Source of the DNA: a virus | Taxonomy: Duplodnaviria > Heunggongvirae > Uroviricota > Caudoviricetes | DNA length: 64,000 nucleotides | Virus record (IMG/VR): IMGVR_UViG_3300046804_001959 | Reading direction: 5' to 3' (one strand) | Part shown: positions 38,374 through 46,738 of the stretch, one piece after another | Layout of the letters: the number at the start of each line of letters is the position of its first letter | How positions within the stretch are numbered: position 1 is the first letter of the stretch | Program-made: the position numbers and the translations under genes | Notes under the pieces: model-generated | Databases searched by the model: none | What the model saw: the letters and a program-made list of their open reading frames with translations, nothing else | Told to the model about the DNA's origin: nothing

Positions 38374-38771
38374 GGAGAATCGAAGTAGTGATCTTCCTTG
38401 GCCTTCGGCTTCCAGATTTCACCCATCCACTTGCTGTACATCTTCAGGCCGCCTCGTGCTGCGACCATGATGCCACCCTGCAGTTCGTTCTTGGCATGCT
38501 GCTTGACATGGACCATTTCATGGCCAAGAGTCTTGATCATCTCGTTGATGTCTTGGTAACGGAGGGCGATTGTGAAGAAACGAGGGTTACGAGTACCGTC
38601 TTCGTCGACGCATTCACCCTGAACATCGAGATCCTTGCGAACTTCGAGGTCAATCACGAGGTTGCGGACCATGCGGGGATCCATCAACTGATGCGCAAAA
38701 AATTCGGCAGCTTCCTTGAGGAGGGCCTTTTCGTTACGCTTGCCAACCATGCCGGTGATAGTGATCTGCAT
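38313..38771 (-). CDS. HExxH zinc metallopeptidase-like protein. The start is reassigned to MQITITG.
   Basis: HEMVHVKQH, with a downstream WEIEAYG glutamate. The ORF-track start overlaps a TATAAT element. Confidence 0.45.
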   Translation of the reverse strand: MQITITGMVGKRNEKALLKEAAEFFAHQLMDPRMVRNLVIDLEVRKDLDVQGECVDEDGTRNPRFFTIALRYQDINEMIKTLGHEMVHVKQHAKNELQGGIMVAARGGLKMYSKWMGEIWKPKAKEDHYFDSPWEIEAYGREVGLFAKWMNR

Positions 38772-38787
38772 GTTTTCGTCCTTCATC

Positions 38788-38835
38788 ATTATAGGTCCAC
38801 CTTACCAAAGATTTGATAAAATGTACACCCTAAAA
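38788..38835 (-). promoter_or_regulatory. Promoter: GGGTGTACA, 17 nt, TAAGGT, then TATAAT
   Basis: Copy of the element at 28174..28222. Confidence 0.6.
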
Positions 38836-38836
38836 A

Positions 38837-39454
38837 TCAGCGTGAACGATAATTTGGTCTTGGAAATGAAAACTGCGCGTTTGATGTATTATCCTGATGA
38901 ACGTAGTGAAGGAACAGTTGGACTAATGAGTCGATCTCGAGAGCGTCTCTCCAGTGCCATTTTCCTCCGTAGTTTGTTCCTCCGTTAAAGATGATGGCAT
39001 CTCCTTCTTCAAGTTCCACTGGAATAGCATCGCTCTTATCATCTTTTTCGCTGAACCATAAAGCAACGTTGCCTTGTCCTCTCTTACACATAGTCAGAGT
39101 TAACGAATACTGACATGCTTCTCTGTCTCGATGAACGAGGAGCTCGGATCCATGATAATATTCTCTTGAATATGCATAAGAAGGAACCATATCATCGATT
39201 CCCCATATTTGCTCGGTAAGATGCTTGCAATAAAGGAGAATACTATCGTCAAAGATATTGTGTGCTACTCTTTCAATATTACCTGTTAAATTCGATCCAG
39301 TTTCGACTTCACGCAGAGTATCGCTCGTCTGCGTAATATCAATAAAAGATTTGTACAGTTCTATGATTTCTGGAGTAAGAACGTTTTTGATCTTCACGAA
39401 ACCATACTTTTCGAAGTGCTCTCTCAGAGCAGGCAATTCACTATCGTTAATCAT
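38837..39454 (-). CDS. 2OG-Fe(II) oxygenase (PhyH-like)
   Basis: LLVHRDRE (HxD) ... GGKWHWRD (distal His). 205 aa. Confidence 0.5.
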   Translation of the reverse strand: MINDSELPALREHFEKYGFVKIKNVLTPEIIELYKSFIDITQTSDTLREVETGSNLTGNIERVAHNIFDDSILLYCKHLTEQIWGIDDMVPSYAYSREYYHGSELLVHRDREACQYSLTLTMCKRGQGNVALWFSEKDDKSDAIPVELEEGDAIIFNGGTNYGGKWHWRDALEIDSLVQLFLHYVHQDNTSNAQFSFPRPNYRSR

Positions 39455-39460
39455 GTTTCC

Positions 39461-41518
39461 TCACTTACTTGTAGCTCTGTACACTCCGTCCCAGTTGAGT
39501 GGCTCATCTGTCTTCAGATCGTAGATTCGCTGTTCCATCATCTTGTAGTATGCAGCTAGTTCTCCTCCCCATAGAGGTCCCATTTCATGGACCATCGTCA
39601 TCGCACGATCCCAACGACCAGCACGATAGTGTCCAAGGAACAGATTGTGAGCTTTCTCTGCAGCGCTGTCCTTCTTCTCAAGAACAGTGAAGATACGAGC
39701 TGGTTCTGTCTTACCCTTCACAGCGATGAGATCGAGCTCGACTACTTGGTATACATCCCTAACCATGTCTGCTGTGACTGGCCCGGCAACGAGTTTAACT
39801 CCATAAGGTTTGGATTGACCTTCGAGACGAGAAGCCAGATTAACGCCGTCACCCAAGCAAGTATAATCGAAACGCTGATCACTACCCATATTGCCGACAA
39901 CCACAGTGGCAGTGTTAATGCCAAGACCCATCCCAAAAGCTGGGATCCCTTCTTTTTCGATTTCTGCATTGAACGCCTCCAAATCCTTTAACATATCCAT
40001 TGCCGTGCGTACAGCGTTCTTGGCATGGTCTGGATCGTCGAGCGGTGCGTTCCAAAATGCCATTTGTGCATCACCAATATACTTATCGAGTGTTCCCTTG
40101 TTATCGATGATACGCTTTGTCATGGCCGTCATGTAACGGTTCATGATCTTCGTCAGACCTTGTACATCTTCGCCGTAGTGTTCTGAGATGGTAGTAAATC
40201 CACGAACGTCAGTGAACATGATCGACAACTCTCTGCTTTCGCCACCCAACTTCAACAGTTCAGGGTTCTTCTGCAGTTTTTCTACCATGTCAGGCGAGAG
40301 GTATGTTCCAAACTGCTTCTTGATCTGCTGCTTCTGCAGATACTCGCTGATGAACTTGACTGTATAGATATGTACGTAGATCAGTAAAGTTGCGATTACG
40401 TTGAAGCTGATATCCAGTATTATACCATATGTGCCGAATAAGTAAACCGGTAAATACACATAGGCTGCAACGAGAGCAGCGATATATACATAAGAGAATC
40501 TAAAACGAGAGATCACTACCAGTGCCAGGAACAGAGCAAGAAACCCACCAAGATCTGCCAGCGGAACCCAGTTCGGGATCGAAACAGAGTCTCCGTTTAT
40601 CAGAGTCTCAAGAAGACTGGCTTGTAGCTGATGGGGATACTGCGCACCTGAAGGAGTCGCTACAGGGTTACTTAATCCAGCTGCAGTCACTCCAACAATC
40701 GCGATTTTACCTGTCAGATCAGGTAAAGGATCCGCACCGATTTCGTATGACTGGAATCGATAGTTCGGATTAATGAAAACTCGGCCGTACTCATCTGTCT
40801 TAATAGTTTCGAAAGAAGGAATTCGTAATGCCTCAACGCCCGTCTGATTTATCTTCGCTTGATACGAAGAGTCTCCTGCAGCTACACGGAGCATCTCTAC
40901 AGCAAATGACGGATAGTATTCGCCTGATGATTGAGATAGAAGAGGAACTCGGCGAACAACTCCATCTGATTCGGGAAGCGTCGACGTTACACCTACACCG
41001 ACGGCTGCTTCTTGAAGACTTTGTATATTACTTAGAACGCATGGGTATTGAGGAAGAAATTCAGTCGGCAGTCCGTCACCGATTACGGCAACCCCGGTAC
41101 GTCGAATCGTTTGCGTATTCTTTGATGGTGCACAATCGGACGTTACGGTCTGACTCAGAACAGTAGGATACTGATTTAAGGCATTAGCAAGAGCTGCGTC
41201 AGTCCCCATCCGATCAGGCTCAGGGTAAAGTATAGTACTGCCAACAAGAGCAGCCCCTCGACCATAAACCTCAGCATGAATGTCAGCGTAGACCTTACGC
41301 GGGAACGGATACTGTCCATATTTCTCGATCGCTTTCTCACCAATATTTATCAAAACGATCTGTTCCGACTTCTTCTGCTCTGACAGCATGAGATAGTCGT
41401 AAAACTTGAGACGTGTAGCTTCGACGAGGTAGGGATCTGAGATCTTGACAGCGAGAAGAATGGCAAAAGTAAACAGCGCCATCCACGGAGATAATAAAAG
41501 TTTAGTTACCTTTGACAT
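39461..41518 (-). CDS. CHASE2-domain sensor fused to a class III adenylate/guanylate cyclase. The likely start is MSKVTKLLL.
   Basis: N-terminal TM and a periplasmic CHASE2-like region, then 3-4 TM helices, then a cyclase domain with FTDVRGFTTISE and YIGDAQMAFWNAP. Confidence 0.75.
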   Translation of the reverse strand: MSKVTKLLLSPWMALFTFAILLAVKISDPYLVEATRLKFYDYLMLSEQKKSEQIVLINIGEKAIEKYGQYPFPRKVYADIHAEVYGRGAALVGSTILYPEPDRMGTDAALANALNQYPTVLSQTVTSDCAPSKNTQTIRRTGVAVIGDGLPTEFLPQYPCVLSNIQSLQEAAVGVGVTSTLPESDGVVRRVPLLSQSSGEYYPSFAVEMLRVAAGDSSYQAKINQTGVEALRIPSFETIKTDEYGRVFINPNYRFQSYEIGADPLPDLTGKIAIVGVTAAGLSNPVATPSGAQYPHQLQASLLETLINGDSVSIPNWVPLADLGGFLALFLALVVISRFRFSYVYIAALVAAYVYLPVYLFGTYGIILDISFNVIATLLIYVHIYTVKFISEYLQKQQIKKQFGTYLSPDMVEKLQKNPELLKLGGESRELSIMFTDVRGFTTISEHYGEDVQGLTKIMNRYMTAMTKRIIDNKGTLDKYIGDAQMAFWNAPLDDPDHAKNAVRTAMDMLKDLEAFNAEIEKEGIPAFGMGLGINTATVVVGNMGSDQRFDYTCLGDGVNLASRLEGQSKPYGVKLVAGPVTADMVRDVYQVVELDLIAVKGKTEPARIFTVLEKKDSAAEKAHNLFLGHYRAGRWDRAMTMVHEMGPLWGGELAAYYKMMEQRIYDLKTDEPLNWDGVYRATSK

Positions 41519-42965
41519 AGCTATATCCTGTACATGGTCCGGTCGAGCACGTAATCTCCATCTTGGCAGAGTCTGCCGCCGTAGAGTTCGTTTGCTGTAC
41601 CGTGACACCTATTCCAGGATTATTTATGATCAATTGAAACTGCTTGGTTGCGGATCCCTGCTGTGTGATATTAGCGTTTAGACCTCCAAAGGGAGCGGAG
41701 ACCTCAAGAAAGTGATTGCCTGTTCCCTGTTGCAATGCAGTCACAGCGTTGCCGTTTCCTAACAAGTTGAAGAATGCGGACTTAGATCCTGTATCATTCT
41801 GCTGAGCAGAGATCGTGTTGCCAGTACCAGAAGTTATGATCTCTGCATACTTGTTGTTATGCTGCTGAGTTAAGCTGAGTGTGTTGCCGCTTCCAGTAAT
41901 CGAAACTTCTGCTAAGTTCTTGCCGATAGCTGTCGTAGCTGTTCCTTGATTGATCGTAACAGTGTTGTTCGAACCGTTGATTACCATCGACTGGTTTCCG
42001 TTGACACCTCTTACTTGATTGTAGCCTGAGAACTGCTCGACATGAACGCTGTTAAAGTTGCCATAACTCTCGATATAGACTTTATTCTGAGTGATGGCAT
42101 TGGTCTGCTGGATCTTCGTCGACTGTGCATTACTGATCGCTGCAGCTGGATATGTAGGTTCGACTGGGCCTGGAGCTGGAGGTGGAGGAGCAGAAGATCC
42201 CGCGTTTGGTTGAACAGGAGTAAACGTAGTACCGTTCAGTAAAGTTGTTCCCTGTAACTGATCGATGAATAGGATAGGAGACAGCGCTGTGTCGCCAAGA
42301 TTGAACGAAGCAAAGCCGAGCGTGTATGTTCCATCTGACGGAACGGTGAACACTGCTACTTGCCATCCTGTTGCACCGTACGAGTTGGTAGAGTAGTTGC
42401 CTGTTCCAGTATTAGTGAACCCGAGAAGTGCAAAGTTCTGTGTCTGACCATTGATAGTAGGAACACCTGGGCCACCAGTCAGAGTGATCAGAGACCCGTC
42501 GTTGTATGGCATGTAGTCAGTTGAGACGTACTGCCATGCAAACGTGTAGGTAACACCTGCTTGTAGAGTAACCGTCTTACTGATCGAAGAAGCGTTGGTA
42601 GGCCACATGTTACCGTTCGAGTAGATCGTGTTCTTGATCGACGTGATAGCTGATCCTGCCAGACCGAGAGTCGTCATAGCATTATCAAACGTGGGAGAAC
42701 CGCCTCCAGCTTGAACGGATGCCATGTAGGTTCCGTATGGAGTGACTGTCCAGCACTTACCTCCACCTGGGCAGTAATTCTGCATACCCGTCGTAACTTG
42801 TACACCAGATCCGTTTGATCCCCATGTTGTACGAAGCGTAGTTGACCCGTTACTGACTGTCCAGCTCGAATAGTCTCCGTTCTCGAAACCGTAGTTGGTT
42901 ACTTGCGCGTGCACTACTTCACTGAAAAGTAGAAACAGTGCAGTTAGGATGTACCTTATCATCTT
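41502..42965 (-). CDS. Secreted protein: N-terminal beta-rich domain, Pro-rich linker, C-terminal curlin (CsgA-like) repeats. The likely start is MIRYILTALF.
   Basis: Signal peptide. APPPPAPGPVEP linker. Repeats of the type GNGNAVTALQQGTGN, SGNTLSLTQQHNN, TGNTISAQQNDTG match the curlin consensus S-x5-Q-x-G-x-G-N-x-A-x3-Q. Confidence 0.55.
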   Translation of the reverse strand, partial: KMIRYILTALFLLFSEVVHAQVTNYGFENGDYSSWTVSNGSTTLRTTWGSNGSGVQVTTGMQNYCPGGGKCWTVTPYGTYMASVQAGGGSPTFDNAMTTLGLAGSAITSIKNTIYSNGNMWPTNASSISKTVTLQAGVTYTFAWQYVSTDYMPYNDGSLITLTGGPGVPTINGQTQNFALLGFTNTGTGNYSTNSYGATGWQVAVFTVPSDGTYTLGFASFNLGDTALSPILFIDQLQGTTLLNGTTFTPVQPNAGSSAPPPPAPGPVEPTYPAAAISNAQSTKIQQTNAITQNKVYIESYGNFNSVHVEQFSGYNQVRGVNGNQSMVINGSNNTVTINQGTATTAIGKNLAEVSITGSGNTLSLTQQHNNKYAEIITSGTGNTISAQQNDTGSKSAFFNLLGNGNAVTALQQGTGNHFLEVSAPFGGLNANITQQGSATKQFQLIINNPGIGVTVQQTNSTAADSAKMEITCSTGPCTGYSYVKGN

Positions 42966-44110
42966 GTTCCTGACTCCTGAATCACAGTGATGTTGCCTTG
43001 AGGACGACCTGTTCCGGATGTGGTCCACTTGTCATCCATAAAGTTATAGACGTCTACGATCCCATTCTGTACAGAAACGAACTGTAGCTCTGTATCCTTT
43101 GGAAGCCATGTTACAACGAGTTGGTTCTTATCGTCAGAGATTCGCGAGTATACCCATCCAACCTGAACCTGTTTCTTAAAAGTAGGAGAAACGTTAGTAT
43201 AGATTGGTTCCTTCGGTCTCTGACCATCGTTGTACTCGGCATATACTTGTTGAAGTTCTTCTTGTGTAGGCATACGAATCACTGCCACAGCAACCTCTTC
43301 GGTGCTGTCTCCTCCAGTATTCGGATCTTTGTTATCGTCTGAAGCGGCTTTCGCTGGGTTGACATACTTCTTCAAAGCTTCACGTGCTGCATTGATAAGA
43401 GATTGACCGTCATCAGTCTCAAGGGGAGCGATCTGAATGTTGTTGTCCATGCCTTTCATCGTAGGATTAATTACGACAGGAGGAGCAGGAGGAGCATATC
43501 CGTTTTCTACAACGGTAGCTTGGAACGGCTTTGTCAGAGATACAACACCCGCAGCAGTCATGACATCGATCGCTCCAGCTGGACACTCGAAGTTGATCTT
43601 TGTGATATCTTTGTCGTTGTAGCATTCTGGAACGAGAACGACTGTAGATCTGCCTGCTTCGTCGACTGACATGACGAAGTCTGTACCTCTTACGGCAATC
43701 GTCGCGGTGGGTGTCCGTATACCAACACCGCGAGCGTTACCATGAGCGATAGCACCAGAAGTGTATCGCGCTGTTCCCAGAGCCAGCTTAAGACCGAGCT
43801 TACCTTTGCTCTTATTGTTTCCATCATAGACGAAATCATCGATGAGTAACCTTGAGTTCTGTGTGATGTTGACGGTTGTAGCATCCACGAAGGTGATCTT
43901 GAATCGACCTTGTGAATTGGTAGAAACTGTGTCGTTCTTTTCGATGCCAGAACCTGGAGCAGCCGGAACTACTTTCGCTCCGCGCTTGACGGTTCCTCCG
44001 CCCTTAAACTCCGATATCGATCCCACACCAGCAAAGGCAGGGACCGATATCAGGAGTAAGAGATTAATGACCAGTCTTGATATTAAACGTACCATTTGAA
44101 CCCACTGCAT
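42959..44110 (-). CDS. FecR-domain secreted/periplasmic protein
   Basis: Signal peptide. FKITFVDATTVNITQNSRLLIDDF...ALGTARYTSG...TATIAVRGTDF matches the FecR domain pattern. Confidence 0.55.
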   Translation of the reverse strand: MQWVQMVRLISRLVINLLLLISVPAFAGVGSISEFKGGGTVKRGAKVVPAAPGSGIEKNDTVSTNSQGRFKITFVDATTVNITQNSRLLIDDFVYDGNNKSKGKLGLKLALGTARYTSGAIAHGNARGVGIRTPTATIAVRGTDFVMSVDEAGRSTVVLVPECYNDKDITKINFECPAGAIDVMTAAGVVSLTKPFQATVVENGYAPPAPPVVINPTMKGMDNNIQIAPLETDDGQSLINAAREALKKYVNPAKAASDDNKDPNTGGDSTEEVAVAVIRMPTQEELQQVYAEYNDGQRPKEPIYTNVSPTFKKQVQVGWVYSRISDDKNQLVVTWLPKDTELQFVSVQNGIVDVYNFMDDKWTTSGTGRPQGNITVIQESGTR

Positions 44111-44837
44111 TGATATTTACTACGGTTTCTGAAGCTCCGTATTGCTGGGTTGTAACGGTATTAAGCGAACCTGTTAGGTTGACGTAAAGCGAGTGACCAA
44201 ACGTTCCACCGAGACCCGTCTGTGTAACGTTGAACGCGTTATAGTCTCCTGTTACAAGAAGAGTCTGAGTAGCGTTAGGCGAGAGAGCGTCGATGGTGAA
44301 AGTGTTGTTGTCACCGCTGATGTCCATCGAGTTACGAATGTTTGCACCCGAACCATGGAATGTGAGCGAGTTTGAGTCACCAGTAAAACGAGCGTTCATA
44401 TCAAACTGATTACAGATCGAATCAGTTACGAGAGTGCCGCAACGAATGTCTGCGGTGTTGAGATCACCGATCTGACGAATGGTTGCAGTCGCGATGCCTG
44501 TACCACCTGTAGCAGATACTAGACCCATGTACAGCTGGTTGCCGTTACCTGTTTGAATAGCGATAACGCTTTGATTATCACCGCGAAGGTAGATAGGATC
44601 GTTGACATCACCGATGATGTTAGCAGTGCCGGTCTGTACAACGTTAACGTCGACGTTACCACCTTCTTGATCGATGTAGACCTTGTTGGTAGTCGCCACT
44701 GCTGCAGCTGTGACTTCGTTCGGAGAAGTAGTTACGATTGTAGGTGGAGTTGGAGCTGTAGGCAACACGGCCTGTGCGATCGCAGAGGTTCCATAAACAA
44801 GAGCAGCACCAACGATGAAAGACTTAACGAGTCTCAT
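44064..44837 (-). CDS. Curlin-repeat protein (CsgA/CsgB-like amyloid subunit). The likely start is MRLVKSFIVG.
   Basis: Signal peptide ending AIAQA. Repeated Q-x-G-x-(G)-N units: VYIDQEGGNVDVNVVQTGTANI, IAIQTGNGNQ, NAFNVTQTGLGG, NTVTTQQYGAS. Confidence 0.55.
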   Translation of the reverse strand: MRLVKSFIVGAALVYGTSAIAQAVLPTAPTPPTIVTTSPNEVTAAAVATTNKVYIDQEGGNVDVNVVQTGTANIIGDVNDPIYLRGDNQSVIAIQTGNGNQLYMGLVSATGGTGIATATIRQIGDLNTADIRCGTLVTDSICNQFDMNARFTGDSNSLTFHGSGANIRNSMDISGDNNTFTIDALSPNATQTLLVTGDYNAFNVTQTGLGGTFGHSLYVNLTGSLNTVTTQQYGASETVVNINAVGSNGTFNIKTGH

Positions 44838-45648
44838 TGGTTGTTTCCTTCTGTTTAAATCTCCATAGATTCTTCTTTTCACCATCCTTGATCAACTCAA
44901 CAACGGCCGTTTCTATGGCTGAACGGATCGCATAACTACCTGCTTCGTTCGATGTCTGCTGACCATCGAATTCAAAGGCCTTGGTGGCCATATCAAAGAA
45001 TTTAAATGCCGTAACTCCCTCGGAAGTAGAGAGCACGTTCTTTTCTACAGTTACAGACGTCAGCACTTCACCGGTCTGAACCGAAACGAGGCGCATACTA
45101 ATCGTAACTTGATCTTCTGAGTACTGTTGATACGGGCCGATGCCGAGGAATCGAGCTCCTGTACCACCGGTCTTGGTGTTCGAACTATAGTCGATGATTC
45201 CTCCTTCAAGGATCAGACCGGCTACCATCAGAGGAGGAAGAGGTTCGGCGTTCTCACCTGCAACTTGCTCTCTCATCTGACGAACGAGCTGACGTTCTTT
45301 GATCAGCGAATCGATACCTACACGCTCGACTGGACGAAACCACTTTCCGCCTCCAACATCTGCCAAAGTTTTGATAACGTAGGCATCTGCACCTTGAGTC
45401 ACAGCAGTTGAGAAGCTGGCTTGAGTAGCAGAAGGCTTACGTTGTCCTGTACGATCGGTAAACGAGTAGATGGCGATAGGAATTACCTGACCGTCGAGTT
45501 CGGGTAAGTTCTTGAAGAGTTTCGGGTTTGCAAATCTTTCTACCTCAGCATCTGATCTCAAGATATAAGACTGGTTAGCCATCGGATGCAGTGCACCTAC
45601 GCAGCCTGATGTAGCAAGAAGAATCGGAAGTACGAGTAACTTTTTCAT
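44824..45648 (-). CDS. csgG: Curli production/transport lipoprotein CsgG
   Basis: Lipobox LLATSGC. IAIYSFTDRTGQRKPSATQASFSTAVTQGADAYVIKTLADVGGGKWFRPVERVGIDSLIKERQLVRQ aligns convincingly with E. coli CsgG (VSVYNIQDETGQFKPYPASNFSTAVPQSATAMLVTALKDSRWFIPLERQGLQNLLNERKIIR). Confidence 0.8.
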   Translation of the reverse strand: MKKLLVLPILLATSGCVGALHPMANQSYILRSDAEVERFANPKLFKNLPELDGQVIPIAIYSFTDRTGQRKPSATQASFSTAVTQGADAYVIKTLADVGGGKWFRPVERVGIDSLIKERQLVRQMREQVAGENAEPLPPLMVAGLILEGGIIDYSSNTKTGGTGARFLGIGPYQQYSEDQVTISMRLVSVQTGEVLTSVTVEKNVLSTSEGVTAFKFFDMATKAFEFDGQQTSNEAGSYAIRSAIETAVVELIKDGEKKNLWRFKQKETTNETR

Positions 45649-45657
45649 GACTTCTCC

Positions 45658-46098
45658 TTAGAATGCAAACGTGGCGATGGGAACAGTCACGACGGTAGTG
45701 TTACCTTTTGCATCTACGACAGTCAACTTTACTTCAGTACCAGTCTTGACGTAACTGATCGTGTTTCCGTCAAGATTAAATGTTCCGGCTTGTGCAGAAC
45801 CTTCTGCAAATAGATTGTTAGAAAGCTGTGTAGCCAACTGAGCATACACTTGGCTGGTGAACAGCGCCATGAACTTAGCAAGAGGAGTGTTAGCTGCCTC
45901 TGCTTTGGCAAGAGCAGCTTTCGCTGCTTCAGCATCCTTGATAGCTTGTTCACGAGATCTTTCTTGAGCGTCTATCGATTGCACATGAGAAGACCACCCG
46001 TAGCCATTAAAGCTCGGGCTCTTAAACTGTTGTACTATCGGATCAGCTTTTGCTTGGCTGCTTGTCAGCAGGGCCAGCAGGAGCAGACTCTTTCTCAT
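45658..46098 (-). CDS. CsgF-like curli assembly protein
   Basis: Signal peptide. The mature N-terminus QQFKSPSFNGYGW parallels CsgF (FQFRNPNFGGNPN). A beta-rich C-terminus ends in an aromatic residue. Confidence 0.5.
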   Translation of the reverse strand: MRKSLLLLALLTSSQAKADPIVQQFKSPSFNGYGWSSHVQSIDAQERSREQAIKDAEAAKAALAKAEAANTPLAKFMALFTSQVYAQLATQLSNNLFAEGSAQAGTFNLDGNTISYVKTGTEVKLTVVDAKGNTTVVTVPIATFAF

Positions 46099-46172
46099 CT
46101 TGTTTTTCCTTCTTCAGCGTCAGCTTCTTGTCAGAAGAAAGATTAAACTCAAGCGAGAAAACTTTGAGGATC

Positions 46173-46439
46173 TCAATTTTTAGGGATATTGTCACTGTGA
46201 TCCTCCTTAATCTGCAATACTACACTCACCTTCTGGTTTAGTCTAATTAAATCGTTGTCTAACATGCGAATACGATCGATCAAAGCGATAAGAATGACAT
46301 TCGTCTCGCCAATCAACGGCATCAGTTTATCTGTAACAAATTTGTAAATAAAGAACACGAAGTATCCCATGCCTACTGAGGCAACGATAGGAAATCCGTA
46401 CTGTTTTACTAGTTCAGCGACTACATTTAAATCCATCAA
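46173..46439 (-). CDS. Small membrane protein, holin-like (BhlA/UviB-type architecture), paralogue 1
   Basis: 88 aa. N-terminal TM QYGFPIVASVGMGYFVFFIY followed by a coiled C-terminus. Paralogous to the next gene. Confidence 0.4.
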   Translation of the reverse strand: MMDLNVVAELVKQYGFPIVASVGMGYFVFFIYKFVTDKLMPLIGETNVILIALIDRIRMLDNDLIRLNQKVSVVLQIKEDHSDNIPKN

Positions 46440-46723
46440 TCTCTTCTCGCATCGTTCTTGCCATCGGCTCGAGCGATACGATCGAGATCCGGCTTCAGTC
46501 CAAGTGCTGAACTTACAACCGCATCCACGCGAATGATATCATGGTTCATGGTCTTGACACGATTGTCGAGGCCCATGATGATACCTTGCATTCCTTTAAT
46601 AGCTTTCACAACACTTTCTAAAATATAATTGATGACAAAATAAACGAAAACTCCACCGAGCAAAGCAGCCGCGATGGGGAAACCGACATCAGCAATTAAC
46701 TTAAATATAGCGTCGTAGTTCAT
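46436..46723 (-). CDS. Small membrane protein, holin-like, paralogue 2
   Basis: 95 aa. DVGFPIAAALLGGVFVYFVINY, then MGLDNRVKTMNHDIIRVD. Shares GFPI...D..I.R...L..D.IR motifs with paralogue 1. Confidence 0.4.
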   Translation of the reverse strand: MNYDAIFKLIADVGFPIAAALLGGVFVYFVINYILESVVKAIKGMQGIIMGLDNRVKTMNHDIIRVDAVVSSALGLKPDLDRIARADGKNDARRD

Positions 46724-46738
46724 ACGACTTATTTATAA

